From: Idiomarinaceae bacterium | GTDB lineage: Bacteria; Pseudomonadota; Gammaproteobacteria; Enterobacterales; Alteromonadaceae | NCBI GenBank assembly: GCA_002685255.1 | Contig: NYWU01000016.1 | Span: forward strand, 115,043 to 179,042 | Direction: 5' to 3' | Length of the DNA stretch: 64,000 nt | Shown here: piece by piece, positions 10,483 to 21,569 of the stretch | Position numbering within the stretch: the stretch's first letter is position 1 | How the letters are laid out: each line of letters opens with the position of its first letter | Program-made: the position numbers and the translations under genes | Notes under the pieces: generated by a model | Seen by the model: only the letters and a program-made list of their open reading frames with translations | Database searches by the model: none | Told to the model about the DNA's origin: nothing

Positions 10483-10645
10483 CAGAACGCTCGTTCCTTT
10501 TACTGATAACTATTTTATTTGGTATTCACTTAAGCAGAATATAGCAGCGAATATAGCGTTTCAATCTAATATAGAAACATTCGTTAGTTTATAAAGTATA
10601 CCGTGCGTCATATATTGAGCGTCATCAAGTTTCAGGGAGGCGCTT

Positions 10646-11695
10646 ATGACTGCAGCCACTTTACCTATCATATCAATGACTCAGCTCGAATCTGCAGCCG
10701 GTTTAGCCCAACTCCGGCGCGCGGCAAGCGATGTAGGATTCTTTTATTTAGTTGATCACGGTATCAGTCACGAGAGTCAGCAAAACTATTTGCGGCTAAG
10801 CCGTGAGTTTTTTCAACTCTCTGCGCAACACAAACAGGCAGTCGATATGATTCACTCACCGCATTTTCGTGGCTATAACGCGATGGGCAGTGAGATGACT
10901 GCGGGTCGACTCGATGCGCGTGAGCAGTTTGACTGGATGAACGAAGAACAGGCAATTCCTGAATCTGCATTGTCGCAACCTTGGCAAAAGCTGATTGGGC
11001 CTAATCTATGGCCAACCAGTATGCCGGCGTTAAAACCGACTCTGACAACACTGCAACACCGATTAAGTGATATCACCGTAAACCTGTTGCAGAAATTATG
11101 TTTATCGCTAGGGGTTGATGCTAATGCGTTGGACCATACCATTGGTACGCAACCATACACCCATGCCAAGCTCATACGCTATCCTGGTCAGCAAAATCCG
11201 CAACAAGGTGTGGGAGCGCACAAGGACCCAGGTTACCTAACATTGGTCATGCAAGATGCCCAAAGCGGGCTCAAAGTAGAGCATGACGCTCAGTGGGTTG
11301 ATGTGGCGCCTATTCCCGGTGCCTTCGTGGTTAATATTGGTGAACTACTAGAACTTGCATCTAATGGCTTTTTAAAGGCAACTAATCACAAAGTTGAAAG
11401 TCCAAAGCAAGGTGTCGAGCGTTATTCAATTGCTTTTTTTATGGCCGCTCAGTTATCTGCCACTGTGCCTGTACTATCATTACCTGACGAACTGAAAGCA
11501 CGCGCATCAGGACCATCTGCGGATCCCAACAATCCGTTATTGACCGATGTCGGTAATAATGTACTTAAAGGGCGTTTACGCTCACACACACATGTGACAC
11601 GTCGCTATTACTGCCAACAAACTGCGCGAACATTGCTGGCCAATAGCTTTGCACAACTACCGATCAACGATATTTGTAGTGAATGCACCATTTAA
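10646..11695 (+). CDS. 2-oxoglutarate/Fe(II) oxygenase, isopenicillin N synthase family
   Basis: GFFYLVDHG, HFRGY, GPNLWP, HKDPG (HxD), NIGELLE, HKV, RYSIAFF. Confidence 0.85.
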   Translation: MTAATLPIISMTQLESAAGLAQLRRAASDVGFFYLVDHGISHESQQNYLRLSREFFQLSAQHKQAVDMIHSPHFRGYNAMGSEMTAGRLDAREQFDWMNEEQAIPESALSQPWQKLIGPNLWPTSMPALKPTLTTLQHRLSDITVNLLQKLCLSLGVDANALDHTIGTQPYTHAKLIRYPGQQNPQQGVGAHKDPGYLTLVMQDAQSGLKVEHDAQWVDVAPIPGAFVVNIGELLELASNGFLKATNHKVESPKQGVERYSIAFFMAAQLSATVPVLSLPDELKARASGPSADPNNPLLTDVGNNVLKGRLRSHTHVTRRYYCQQTARTLLANSFAQLPINDICSECTI

Positions 11696-11711
11696 CGTAA
11701 GGAGAATAGAG

Positions 11712-12344
11712 ATGGGTTTACGAATTGGCGATAAAGCTCCAAATTTTGAGATTGAAACCACCCAAGGCAAAATCGATTTTCACGATTGGGCAAAAGGCTC
11801 TTGGGTATTCTTCTTCAGTCATCCGGCGGACTACACTCCAGTGTGTACGACCGAAATGGGTCGCACGTCACAGCTTGCGCCTGAATTTGCCAAGCGCAAC
11901 GTCAAGCCTCTTGGCCTCTCAACCGATACAGTTGAGGCCCATAACGGCTGGATTAACGACGTCAACGATACACAAAACACCTTGTTGGAGTTTCCTATCG
12001 TTGCAGACCAAGAGCGTAAAGTGGCTGAACTTTACGATATGATCCATCCTGGTGAAAGCCAAACAGCAACAGTTCGTTCAGTATTTATTATCGATCCTGA
12101 GCAGAAAATTCGTCTAACCATGACTTACCCGATGACGGTAGGCCGTAATTTTGCGGAAATTCTGCGTGTCATCGACGCATTACAGACCACTGACTCACAA
12201 GAAGTCGCATGCCCCGCTGATTGGGTGCCTGGCGACCGCGTGATTATCCGTCCGACGGTATCGGAAGAAGACGCTCAGAAGAAATTTCCGCAAGGCTATG
12301 AAACACTGCGTCCATATCTACGCTTAACGGATATCAATAAGTAA
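11712..12344 (+). CDS. 1-Cys peroxiredoxin (Prx6/LsfA-like)
   Basis: FSHPADYTPVCTTE, YPMTVGRNFAEILR; AAGGAG RBS supports ATG 11712 rather than 11649. Confidence 0.9.
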   Translation: MGLRIGDKAPNFEIETTQGKIDFHDWAKGSWVFFFSHPADYTPVCTTEMGRTSQLAPEFAKRNVKPLGLSTDTVEAHNGWINDVNDTQNTLLEFPIVADQERKVAELYDMIHPGESQTATVRSVFIIDPEQKIRLTMTYPMTVGRNFAEILRVIDALQTTDSQEVACPADWVPGDRVIIRPTVSEEDAQKKFPQGYETLRPYLRLTDINK

Positions 12345-12364
12345 CTTATTTAAAATATCGAAAC

Positions 12365-12391
12365 AAAGCCGGCACTTTCGCCGGCTTTTTT
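12365..12391 (+). terminator. Rho-independent terminator
   Basis: AAAGCCGGC-actttc-GCCGGCTTTTTT. Confidence 0.85.
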
Positions 12392-12493
12392 GTGTCTTCT
12401 CTCACCACAATCGATCCTTTCACGATCATCCACTGATCCCAGCAAAGACTTGTGCATTAAAAAAGCATATAATACGCGCCCGAACGGCGGTTT

Positions 12494-12526
12494 AAAGTTG
12501 AGTGTTTTACTCGGGTATTTTATAAT
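12494..12526 (+). promoter_or_regulatory. sigma70 promoter of the suf operon overlapped by a type-1 IscR-like site
   Basis: TTGAGT-17-TATAAT; AAAGTTGAGTGTTTTACTCGGGTAT (12494-12518) matches 22/25 of ATASYYGACTRWWWYAGTCRRSTAT. Confidence 0.7.
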
Positions 12527-12558
12527 AAAGGTATCTTAAGTTCAGCAAGGTGGTAAGC

Positions 12559-13995
12559 ATGAGCGAACAAATTGATCAGGCACTCGCACGGAAATACGAT
12601 GCGGGCTTTGTCTCAGAAGTCGAATCAGAAACCTTTCCCGCAGGGTTGGATGAGGACGTCATCCGCCGCCTGTCGGCCATTAAAGGTGAACCTGAGTGGA
12701 TGCTTGAGTGGCGATTAAAAGCCTACCGAACTTGGCTCAAACTAACTGAGCCCGAGTGGGCGCACGTGGATTATCCAAAGATCGACTATCAAGATATTTC
12801 CTATTACTCAGCGCCTAAGTCGATGAAAGACAAACCGAAATCATTGGACGAAGTAGACCCTGAGTTATTGCGTACCTATGAAAAACTCGGGATTCCTTTG
12901 CATGAGCAAGAGATGCTTGCGGGCGTGGCCGTTGATGCTGTGTTTGATTCTGTTTCCGTGGTCACCACCTTCCGCGAGAAACTCGAGGAAGCCGGTGTTA
13001 TCTTCTGCCCAATTTCCGAAGCACTGCACAAGTATCCCGACTTGGTAAAAAAATATCTTGGCACTGTAGTACCGCGTGGCGATAACTACTTCGCTGCACT
13101 CAACAGCGCCGTATTTACCGATGGTTCCTTCGTGTACATCCCGAAAGGCGTTCGTTGCCCGATGGAGCTCTCAACGTATTTCCGCATCAACGAGCAAAAT
13201 ACAGGTCAATTTGAACGTACGTTGATCGTTGCCGAAGAAGGCAGTTATGTGAGCTACCTCGAAGGTTGCACGGCACCGCAACGCGACGAGAATCAGTTGC
13301 ACGCTGCAGTAGTAGAGCTGGTCGCCTTAGACGATGCCGAAATCAAATATTCAACGGTACAAAACTGGTATCCAGGCGATGAAAACGGTAAAGGCGGCAT
13401 CTACAACTTCGTTACCAAGCGTGGTCTGTGCGAGAAAAATGCCAAGATCTCTTGGACGCAAGTTGAAACAGGTTCTGCTGTCACGTGGAAATATCCAAGT
13501 TGTATCCTTAAAGGTGATAACAGTGTCGGTGAATTCTATTCAGTGGCGCTCACTCGCGGCAAACAACAAGCCGATACCGGCACTAAGATGATTCACTTGG
13601 GTAAAAACACCAAGTCGACCATCATCTCTAAGGGTATTTCAGCAGGCTACAGTAACAATGCTTATCGTGGTTTGGTACGGATGGGTCCAGGTGCCGAAGG
13701 CGCACGAAACTTCACTGAATGTGACTCGCTACTCATTGGCGATAAGTGCGGCGCGCATACATTCCCGTATATCGAAAGCAGCAATCCGAGTGCGATTGTT
13801 GAACACGAAGCAACAACATCTAAGGTCAGCGATGACCAACTCTTTTTATGTCAGCAACGAGGCCTTGACCCTGAAAAAGCAGTCTCAATGATTGTGAATG
13901 GCTTCTGTAAAGAAGTATTCCGCGAGCTTCCGATGGAGTTCGCCGTGGAAGCCGGTAAGTTGCTTGAAATCAGTCTTGAAGGTTCAGTGGGGTAA
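12559..13995 (+). CDS. sufB: Fe-S cluster assembly protein SufB
   Basis: [41 protein letters not shown]. Confidence 0.96.
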   Translation: MSEQIDQALARKYDAGFVSEVESETFPAGLDEDVIRRLSAIKGEPEWMLEWRLKAYRTWLKLTEPEWAHVDYPKIDYQDISYYSAPKSMKDKPKSLDEVDPELLRTYEKLGIPLHEQEMLAGVAVDAVFDSVSVVTTFREKLEEAGVIFCPISEALHKYPDLVKKYLGTVVPRGDNYFAALNSAVFTDGSFVYIPKGVRCPMELSTYFRINEQNTGQFERTLIVAEEGSYVSYLEGCTAPQRDENQLHAAVVELVALDDAEIKYSTVQNWYPGDENGKGGIYNFVTKRGLCEKNAKISWTQVETGSAVTWKYPSCILKGDNSVGEFYSVALTRGKQQADTGTKMIHLGKNTKSTIISKGISAGYSNNAYRGLVRMGPGAEGARNFTECDSLLIGDKCGAHTFPYIESSNPSAIVEHEATTSKVSDDQLFLCQQRGLDPEKAVSMIVNGFCKEVFRELPMEFAVEAGKLLEISLEGSVG

Positions 13996-13998
13996 TAA

Positions 13999-14760
13999 AT
14001 GCTTACGATCAAAGATCTACATGCACGCGTCGAAGAAAAAACCATTATCAAAGGGCTTAATTTAGAGATTAAACCAGGTGAAGTGCACGCAATCATGGGC
14101 CCCAACGGTGCTGGTAAAAGTACATTAGGCTACGTATTGTCGGGTCGTGATGGCTATGAAGTGGAACAAGGTGAGGTGACCTTCAAAGGCGCAAACCTGC
14201 TCGAGATGGAAGTCGAAGAACGTGCCCAAGCAGGTCTCTTCTTAGCATTTCAGTACCCTGTCGAGATTCCTGGCGTGAGCAACATGGAGTTCATGAAAGA
14301 GTCTGTTAACGCAATGCGTAAAGCGCGTGGCGAAGACGAACTGAGTTCGGCGGAGTTTTTGAAGAAAGCGAAAGAAGCGTGCAAACAAGTCAACTTGCCG
14401 CTCGATTTCCTCAAGCGTGGTGTCAACGAAGGTTTTTCCGGCGGTGAGAAGAAACGCAATGAAATCATGCAGTTAATCATGCTAGAGCCCAAGTTGGCGA
14501 TTCTCGATGAATCAGACTCGGGACTCGACGTTGACGCATTACAAGTGGTCGCTAACGGCGTCAATAGCCAACGTGACGGCGAACGTAGCTTCATCGTTGT
14601 AACTCACTATCAGCGCCTACTTGATTTCATCGAACCCGACTACGTGCATATTTTGGCACAGGGTAAAATCGTTAAGAGTGGCGGCCCAGAGCTTGCCAAA
14701 GAGGTTGAAGCATCGGGTTACGCTTGGCTCGGTCAAGCAGATGAGGGAGAAGAAGCATGA
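13999..14760 (+). CDS. sufC: Fe-S assembly ATPase SufC
   Basis: GPNGAGKST, LAFQYPVEIPGV, FSGGEKKRNE, ILDESDSGLDVDAL. Confidence 0.96.
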   Translation: MLTIKDLHARVEEKTIIKGLNLEIKPGEVHAIMGPNGAGKSTLGYVLSGRDGYEVEQGEVTFKGANLLEMEVEERAQAGLFLAFQYPVEIPGVSNMEFMKESVNAMRKARGEDELSSAEFLKKAKEACKQVNLPLDFLKRGVNEGFSGGEKKRNEIMQLIMLEPKLAILDESDSGLDVDALQVVANGVNSQRDGERSFIVVTHYQRLLDFIEPDYVHILAQGKIVKSGGPELAKEVEASGYAWLGQADEGEEA

Positions 14761-16004
14761 GTCAATGGTTAGCCCACGTAATTGAACGTGCCGCCGCCGT
14801 TGATGATTGGTTATCACCAGTACGTGCGGAGGCACTGGCCAAGCTGAAAGAACAATCTTGGCCTGGACGTCGCACTGAAGCGTGGCGATACACATCGTTG
14901 CACGCTGTGGAAGACCTGTCGTTGTCTACCGAGAGCAGTGCGCAAGCAGAAGCTCCCGCGATTGCAGGACTCGATGCACTCGATTTAGTATTTGTTGACG
15001 GACGCTTAACCAGCGATTTGGCGACGTTGGACCTACCTGAAGGCTTAGCCATTCGCTCGTTGAGGGATAAGTCGGATACCGCTGAACAAGTCTTTACTCA
15101 GGTAAAACCGAGCCATCATTTATTTGGGCTGGTTAATGACGTACTCGCGACACAGGGAATCGTTATCGACGTAGCGCCTAATGCAACCATTGAGCGCCCT
15201 ATCCGTGTTGTGAACTTTGCAACCGACAACGTTGAGTCGCACACACGTGTACTGGTTCGCTTAGGCGAGAATGCTAAAGCAACGGTAATCGAGCACGGAA
15301 GTGGTACAGGTCATAGCTTGAATACCGCCTTTGCTGAGTATGATATTGCTGATAATGCACGTTTAGAGCATTATCGTTTTGCACTGCATCAGGGTGAAGC
15401 GATTCATGTCGGCGGCAGTCACTTTAAGCTCGCGAACAAAAGCCGTTTAAACAGCACGTTGATTGGCTATGGTTCGCAACTTACGCGCTTAGACGTGGAT
15501 ATTATTCACGCAGGTGAGCATGCGCACGCGAAATTTAATAACGCGTACTTGTTAGCACCGAAAGAGCATTTTGATCTACACAGTACCATTGAGCACGCGA
15601 TGCCTAATGGTACCACTGAAGAAAATGCGCGCGGCATCATCGGCGATAAAGCGAAAGCTGTATTTAACGGTCGTATCCACATTCATCGCGATGCGCAAAA
15701 AACACTAGCAGAGCTGAATAACCGCAACCTACTGCTATCGCGCGGAGCGCAAATTAATACCAAGCCCGAGCTCGAAATCTACGCCGATGACGTGCAATGT
15801 GCTCACGGTGCAACCGTCGCAGAAATAGATGAAGAAGCACTGTACTACTTGTTAACGCGTGGTATTGATAAGCAAAAAGCCTTGGTGATGCTCAACTTTG
15901 GTTTCGTGCAAGAGATGGTTTTCGACATGCCAAATGAAGCGTTAGCCGAATGGTTACAGCCTATTCTGAAGCAGCGCTTTGAAGACATGATGGAGCGCTC
16001 ATGA
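14757..16004 (+). CDS. sufD: Fe-S assembly protein SufD
   Basis: EAWRYT, AVFNGRI, NRNLLLS, TKPELEIYADDVQCAHGATV. Confidence 0.95.
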   Translation: MSQWLAHVIERAAAVDDWLSPVRAEALAKLKEQSWPGRRTEAWRYTSLHAVEDLSLSTESSAQAEAPAIAGLDALDLVFVDGRLTSDLATLDLPEGLAIRSLRDKSDTAEQVFTQVKPSHHLFGLVNDVLATQGIVIDVAPNATIERPIRVVNFATDNVESHTRVLVRLGENAKATVIEHGSGTGHSLNTAFAEYDIADNARLEHYRFALHQGEAIHVGGSHFKLANKSRLNSTLIGYGSQLTRLDVDIIHAGEHAHAKFNNAYLLAPKEHFDLHSTIEHAMPNGTTEENARGIIGDKAKAVFNGRIHIHRDAQKTLAELNNRNLLLSRGAQINTKPELEIYADDVQCAHGATVAEIDEEALYYLLTRGIDKQKALVMLNFGFVQEMVFDMPNEALAEWLQPILKQRFEDMMERS

Positions 16005-17218
16005 GCCTGAATGTGGAGCAAATTCGTGCCCAGTTTCCGGTGCTGCAAGAACAAGCTAATGGTCAGCCGTTAGTGTATCTCGATAACGCAGCGACCACGC
16101 AAAAGCCGCAGGCGGTTATCGATGCATTGGTTGAATACTATTCGACCTATAATTCGAATGTTCACCGTGGCGCGCATTTTTTATCGGATAAAGCGACGCG
16201 TCGTTATGAGGAAGCGCGTCAAGTGGTTGCGCAATATCTCAACGCTTCACGTACCGAAGAGGTCATTTGGACTTCAGGCACCACCGAAGGCATTAATTTG
16301 ATTGCTAACGGCGTTGCACAGCGCTTAAAAGCCGATGATGAAGTGGTGGTGACCGAAATGGAACACCATGCCAACCTTGTCACCTGGCAGCAAGCTTGTA
16401 AAAAGGCAGGAGCCACACTTAAGGTCGCTCCAATTAATGATACAGGCGAACTTGATATCACGGCATTTAAAGGTCTCGTCACTGAGCGCACAGCGTTTGT
16501 GGCGTTCCCGCATATTTCTAATGCGTTGGGCACCATTAATTCTGTTCAAGAGCTGACCCAAATCGCCAAGGCGGTAGACGCATTGGTGTTAGTTGATGGG
16601 GCTCAAGGGGTTGCTCATGGCGCCGTTGACGTGCAGGCAATCGGCTGCGACTTTTACGTATTCTCAGGTCATAAAGTATTTGGTCCAACCGGTGTTGGCG
16701 CGCTGTGGGGCCGTTACGAATTACTACAAGACTGGCCTGTGTGGTTGGTCGGTGGCGAGATGATTGCCACAGTCACCTATCAAGATGCGACCTGGGGTGA
16801 ATTACCCAATCGGTTGGAAGCTGGCACCCCCAATATCGCTGGCGTTATCGGTCTTGCCGCTGCTTTGCGTTGGTTACAGCAGTTCGATGCTGATGTGATT
16901 TTAGCGCATGAGCAAGATTTGCTGACCTACGCCACCGAATGTGCGAGTACCATTGAGGGTATGCGCTTAATCGGTACCGCGAAAAATAAAATTGGCGTGA
17001 TGAGTTTTGTGCTCGAAGGCACTCATCCAGCGGATGTTGGTTTTATCCTCGATAAACAAGGCGTGGCGATCCGTACCGGCGATCACTGTGCACAGCCTTT
17101 GATGAAACGGCTAGGCGTGCCAGGCACCGCGCGGGCATCGTTCTCAATATATAATACGCGAGCTGACATCGATCGCTTGTTTAGTGCAATCAAAAAAGCA
17201 CAAATGATGTTAGCGTAA
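16001..17218 (+). CDS. sufS: Cysteine desulfurase SufS
   Basis: YLDNAATTQKP, NVHRG, EHHAN, SGHKVFGPTGVG, RTGDHCAQPL. Confidence 0.95.
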   Translation: MSLNVEQIRAQFPVLQEQANGQPLVYLDNAATTQKPQAVIDALVEYYSTYNSNVHRGAHFLSDKATRRYEEARQVVAQYLNASRTEEVIWTSGTTEGINLIANGVAQRLKADDEVVVTEMEHHANLVTWQQACKKAGATLKVAPINDTGELDITAFKGLVTERTAFVAFPHISNALGTINSVQELTQIAKAVDALVLVDGAQGVAHGAVDVQAIGCDFYVFSGHKVFGPTGVGALWGRYELLQDWPVWLVGGEMIATVTYQDATWGELPNRLEAGTPNIAGVIGLAAALRWLQQFDADVILAHEQDLLTYATECASTIEGMRLIGTAKNKIGVMSFVLEGTHPADVGFILDKQGVAIRTGDHCAQPLMKRLGVPGTARASFSIYNTRADIDRLFSAIKKAQMMLA

Positions 17219-17234
17219 CGACAGGAGGTAAATT

Positions 17235-17594
17235 ATGTCTGTCGAATCTTTTGTACCTAATCAACAACTCATTAGCATGACCCCAACCGCTATTAAGCAT
17301 TTTGAGGGCAAACTAGCTGATCAACCTGGCGCGATACTGCGCTTGTCGACCAAGATGAGCGGTTGTACTGGCTATGCATACGTGTTGAATGCGGTTCCTG
17401 AAGCTGAGGCTGATGATGAACTGGTGCAAGTTAACGACACACTCACCGTGGCGATTGCTAAAGATGCCGTTGATGTCCTTCGTAATACCGAAATTGATTA
17501 CGTTAAAGAAGGCATTAATGGTGTGGTGAAGTTCAATAATCCCAATGTGGTTAATGAGTGTGGCTGTGGTGAAAGCTTCAGCGTGCAGGAATAG
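17235..17594 (+). CDS. sufA: A-type Fe-S carrier (HesB/IscA/SufA)
   Basis: SGCTGYAY, ECGCGESF; within suf operon. Confidence 0.85.
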   Translation: MSVESFVPNQQLISMTPTAIKHFEGKLADQPGAILRLSTKMSGCTGYAYVLNAVPEAEADDELVQVNDTLTVAIAKDAVDVLRNTEIDYVKEGINGVVKFNNPNVVNECGCGESFSVQE

Positions 17595-17604
17595 GTACTG
17601 ATTC

Positions 17605-18138
17605 ATGCAACAAAAAATGGTCACCACCCAACGCGAAGTCAAATGTCGCAAAGTACCCTCGGGCGAAATTAAGGTTATTCCTAAAGGCGAATTCGTCAAC
17701 ATAACCCAAGACTTGGGTGGCAACTACACCGTGACTTGGATGGGTAACATGTTGCGCATTGACGGCACAGACGCCGATGCGATTGGTCGTAAGCCGCAGA
17801 CGCTTAACTTCGAACCGCCTGCTGATGGCCAGATTAGTGAGTCCCAAGTATGGGAAGCACTCGAGACTATTTTCGATCCAGAGATCCCTATCAATTTAGT
17901 CTCATTAGGGCTGATTTATGCCGTCAACATCGATCAAGATGCGCAACGCATTGATATTGATATGACGCTAACGGCGCCCGGTTGCGGTATGGGCCCAGTG
18001 CTCGTCGGTGATGTCGAGTATCGCCTAAGTTTAGTGCCCCATGTGAAGAAAGTTGAAGTCAATTTGGTATTTGATCCACCGTGGTCGCGCGACATGATGT
18101 CCGAAGAAGCACAGCTTGAAGCAGGCGTATTCTTTTAA
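17605..18138 (+). CDS. sufT: Fe-S assembly protein SufT (DUF59)
   Basis: DPEIPINLVSLGLIY, TLTAPGCGMG, FDPPWS. Confidence 0.88.
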   Translation: MQQKMVTTQREVKCRKVPSGEIKVIPKGEFVNITQDLGGNYTVTWMGNMLRIDGTDADAIGRKPQTLNFEPPADGQISESQVWEALETIFDPEIPINLVSLGLIYAVNIDQDAQRIDIDMTLTAPGCGMGPVLVGDVEYRLSLVPHVKKVEVNLVFDPPWSRDMMSEEAQLEAGVFF

Positions 18139-18169
18139 TTGTTTGCAATCAATAAAGGTCGACTTGAAG

Positions 18170-18577
18170 ATGAATCTACCCAGCACTGACGAAATCATTG
18201 AAGATCTCGAGTTTTTAGATGATTGGGAGCAACGCTACCAGTATATTATCGACCTCGGTAAGGGCTTGCCGGGTCTCCCAGAGGCGCTTCGTAAAGACGA
18301 GTTTATCGTGCGGGGTTGTCAAAGTAACGTGTGGCTCATTGCTGAGCAAAAAGACGGCCGTTTACTGTTTCAAGTGGACAGTGACGCAGTCATCGTACAA
18401 GGCTTACTGACACTCGTATTAGCGGCATTTCACAATAAGACACCTGAGCAAATTTTAGCGTTTGATATTGATGGTTACTTCAAAGAACTGGATTTAGAAA
18501 ATCACATTACGCCGACCCGTGGTAATGGGCTTAAAGCGATTGTCGCTAAGATTCAGTCAATAGCACAGAACGCTTAG
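18170..18577 (+). CDS. sufE: Sulfur acceptor SufE
   Basis: DDWEQRYQYIIDLG, VRGCQSNVW, DSDAVIVQGL, TPTRGNGL; ATG 18170 preferred. Confidence 0.9.
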   Translation: MNLPSTDEIIEDLEFLDDWEQRYQYIIDLGKGLPGLPEALRKDEFIVRGCQSNVWLIAEQKDGRLLFQVDSDAVIVQGLLTLVLAAFHNKTPEQILAFDIDGYFKELDLENHITPTRGNGLKAIVAKIQSIAQNA

Positions 18578-19080
18578 TCGCGCCGACCTGTGATCATTGG
18601 GCGTATTAATTGAATGCGCCCCCACCATTGTATAAAGATAACAGCAACGACGTGCAAACAGACTAAAGCAAACAAAGTGTGCGCACCCAGCTCGTGTAAA
18701 TACTCTAGCGCACTACTACCATAAAAAGCGTCCACTTCCTCAAGCATAAATCCTGTCGTCGCTTGATACGCCAATAACACCATCATCAGAAAGATAACGA
18801 CTCCACCTAGAGGATTGTGCCCGGCGTCTCGAGGTAACTGACGTTGTTTTAAATGTGTGAAGTGAGTTTTAATGCGCGAGGGCGTTGGAAGAAAGTCACT
18901 AAACCTCGCTCGTTGAGGCCCTAAAAAGCCCCAGACAACGCGGAAAATAAGCCAAGCAAATGCGTAATAACCAGCTATTTGATGGGCTGTTTCACCCGGC
19001 TCGAGTAAGAAATAGTTCAGTACAAAAACGAGCGCTATGCTCCAATGAAACAAACGAATACCGATGTCCCAAATTTGCAT
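18574..19080 (-). CDS. Cytochrome b (b561/Ni-hydrogenase-type) membrane protein
   Basis: WD..IRLFHW, GHNPLGG, His-bearing TM helices. Confidence 0.8.
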   Translation of the reverse strand: MQIWDIGIRLFHWSIALVFVLNYFLLEPGETAHQIAGYYAFAWLIFRVVWGFLGPQRARFSDFLPTPSRIKTHFTHLKQRQLPRDAGHNPLGGVVIFLMMVLLAYQATTGFMLEEVDAFYGSSALEYLHELGAHTLFALVCLHVVAVIFIQWWGRIQLIRPMITGRRD

Positions 19081-19095
19081 AACGCTCTCTGTACC

Positions 19096-19383
19096 TTATT
19101 CCATTTCTTGTTTAACGATGCTGCCATCAACCGGATTAAAGTAAATTTCTACTTTTTGGTCGTCAGCGTTAAAGCCATAGATCTCATAACACTGACCTTC
19201 GGTGACTTTAAACTCGTTAATTTTATAACCTTGCTCTTCCAGGCCTTGCTGAAACTGAGCTTGGTCCATCCATTCGCTCTGTGGCGCAGAAGTACACTGA
19301 GTATGTGACTCTTCTGCACTACAGGCACTTAATAATAAAGCGCCTGATGCGATAGCGATTGAAGCTAACAATGTTGCTCTCAT
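19096..19383 (-). CDS. PepSY-domain lipoprotein
   Basis: lipobox LLSAC; CYEIYG...KVEIYFNPVDG. Confidence 0.8.
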   Translation of the reverse strand: MRATLLASIAIASGALLLSACSAEESHTQCTSAPQSEWMDQAQFQQGLEEQGYKINEFKVTEGQCYEIYGFNADDQKVEIYFNPVDGSIVKQEME

Positions 19384-19391
19384 TACGCCTC

Positions 19392-21569
19392 CTATTCGTT
19401 TGGTAGCGACTGATAACCCATGTGGTATAGGGTAAAGCCGAAAATATCCGAATACTGCTCAATGGTCTTCGATACAGGCGTGCCTGCACCATGTCCCGCG
19501 TTTGTTTCGATACGGATCAGCTGCGGTGCATTACCACCTGCTTTATCCTGCAACTCTGCGGCAAACTTAAATGAGTGCGCAGGTACCACACGGTCATCGT
19601 GATCACCTGTAGTAATCAATGTTGCTGGATACTCCACACCTTGTTCTACGTTATGAACGGGCGAGTAGTTCAGCAGGTATTGGAACATCTCTTTGCTGTC
19701 CTCTGCTGTACCATAGTCGTAGGCCCAACCTGCGCCAGCAGTGAAGGTATGATAACGCAACATATCCAAAACGCCGACGGCAGGTAGAGCAACCGCAAAC
19801 AAGTCAGGACGTTGTGTCATCGTTGCCCCAACCAACAAGCCACCATTGGAACCGCCACGGATAGCAAGCTTTTCTTTTGACGTGTAATCTTCATCAATCA
19901 AGTACTCTGCGGCAGCAATAAAGTCGTCAAAAACGTTCTGCTTTTGCATCTTCGTACCGGCGTCGTGCCAAGCCTTACCATACTCACCACCACCGCGCAG
20001 GTTAGCAACGGCATAAACACCGCCCATTTCTAACCACGCCGCATTTGCGATGCTGAACGAAGGCGTTAAGCTGATATTAAAGCCACCATAGCCATATAGA
20101 ATCGTTGGATTACTACCGTCGAGTTCCGTACCTTTTTTATAGGTAATGATCATGGGCACCTGAGTACCGTCTTTAGACGTGTAGAACACCTGCTTCGACT
20201 CATAGTTACTGGAGTCGAAATCCGCGCCGGACTCTTCGTAAACGGTTGATTCGCCCGTATCTGGATTCAAAGCATAAATGGTTTGTGGCGTGCTGTAATT
20301 AGTGAATGAGTAGTACAACGTTTCAGCGTCGTCTTTACCGCCAAAACCACCTGCACTCCCGACACCCGGTAAGTCAATTTGACGAATTTCTTTACCTTGG
20401 TAGTCAAATTGCTTCACTTGCGAGACCGCGTCCACCATGTATTCCGCGAAAATGTAGCCTGCCCCGGTGGTTGGGTTGAGTACGTGCTCAGTCTCAGGGA
20501 TCAAGTCGCTCCAATTCGCTTCTTGTGGCGCTCCAGCATCAACGACTACGACACGGCCGTTAGGCGCCTCACGATTGGTCTCGATAAAGAGTTTACCTTC
20601 TTCACTGTCTAACACCGACACATCTGAGTCATAGTCGTCAACCACAGTGACCAGAGGCGCATCCTCTTTGCTCAAGTCTTTGATAAAGAGTTTATTGCCT
20701 GATGTTGAGTTAGCGGCAGAGATCACCAAAAACTGATTGTCGTCTGTCACATAGCCACCTACATAGCGGTGCTTCTGCGCGTCCGTACCACCAAATACCA
20801 ATTCGTCATCGCTCTGTGATGTGCCTAACTCGTGGTAATACAGCTTATGTTGGTCAGTTTTTGCCGAGAGCTCACTACCCTCCGGCTTATCATAGCTTGA
20901 ATAGTAGAACCCTTCGTTACCTTTCCAAGAGATACCACTGAACTTCACATCAACCAATGGATCCTCAAGACGCTCTTTCGTTTCAGCATCAATGACAATA
21001 ATCTTACGCCAGTCACTCCCGCCCTCAGAAATCGAATAAGCTGCTAGTTTTCCATCTTCACTAAAGGTCAGTTGTGCTAATGACGTTGTTCCATCCTCGC
21101 TGAAAGTATTGGGATCGAGGAACACTTCTTCTTCATCGCTATCGTTCTTCTTACGATAGACCACGTATTGGTTCTGCAAACCATCGTTCTTGTAGTAGTA
21201 GGTGTAGTCACCCTCCTTAAATGGTGCACTGACTTTCTCGTAATTCCACAACTCCGTCAGGCGCTTTTCAATTTTCTCGCGGAACGGGATTTTTTCTAAA
21301 TGATTGAAGGTAACCTCATTTTGCGCTTCTACCCACGCTTCGGTTTCGGCACTTCGATCATCTTCTAACCAACGATACGGGTCTTTCACTTTCGTATCGA
21401 AATAAGTATCGACGGTATCCCCTTTGCGTGTTTCTGGGTACTTCACTTGCATCGACTCCGCTTGTTGCTTTTCCACTTGCTGAGTTTCAGCTGTTTGCGA
21501 CGAATCGTTTTGTGCTGGAGAGCACGCGACAAGTACGCTAACAGCGACAGCACTGAGTACGTATTTCAT
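19392..21569 (-). CDS. Prolyl oligopeptidase (S9A), lipoprotein
   Basis: lipobox LVAC; [22 protein letters not shown]. Confidence 0.95.
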   Translation of the reverse strand: MKYVLSAVAVSVLVACSPAQNDSSQTAETQQVEKQQAESMQVKYPETRKGDTVDTYFDTKVKDPYRWLEDDRSAETEAWVEAQNEVTFNHLEKIPFREKIEKRLTELWNYEKVSAPFKEGDYTYYYKNDGLQNQYVVYRKKNDSDEEEVFLDPNTFSEDGTTSLAQLTFSEDGKLAAYSISEGGSDWRKIIVIDAETKERLEDPLVDVKFSGISWKGNEGFYYSSYDKPEGSELSAKTDQHKLYYHELGTSQSDDELVFGGTDAQKHRYVGGYVTDDNQFLVISAANSTSGNKLFIKDLSKEDAPLVTVVDDYDSDVSVLDSEEGKLFIETNREAPNGRVVVVDAGAPQEANWSDLIPETEHVLNPTTGAGYIFAEYMVDAVSQVKQFDYQGKEIRQIDLPGVGSAGGFGGKDDAETLYYSFTNYSTPQTIYALNPDTGESTVYEESGADFDSSNYESKQVFYTSKDGTQVPMIITYKKGTELDGSNPTILYGYGGFNISLTPSFSIANAAWLEMGGVYAVANLRGGGEYGKAWHDAGTKMQKQNVFDDFIAAAEYLIDEDYTSKEKLAIRGGSNGGLLVGATMTQRPDLFAVALPAVGVLDMLRYHTFTAGAGWAYDYGTAEDSKEMFQYLLNYSPVHNVEQGVEYPATLITTGDHDDRVVPAHSFKFAAELQDKAGGNAPQLIRIETNAGHGAGTPVSKTIEQYSDIFGFTLYHMGYQSLPNE

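Noticed and set aside
10538-10574. Three AATATAG repeats upstream of the oxygenase
   Set aside because: Irregular spacing (12 and 18 bp) in AT-rich DNA; no recognisable regulator motif.
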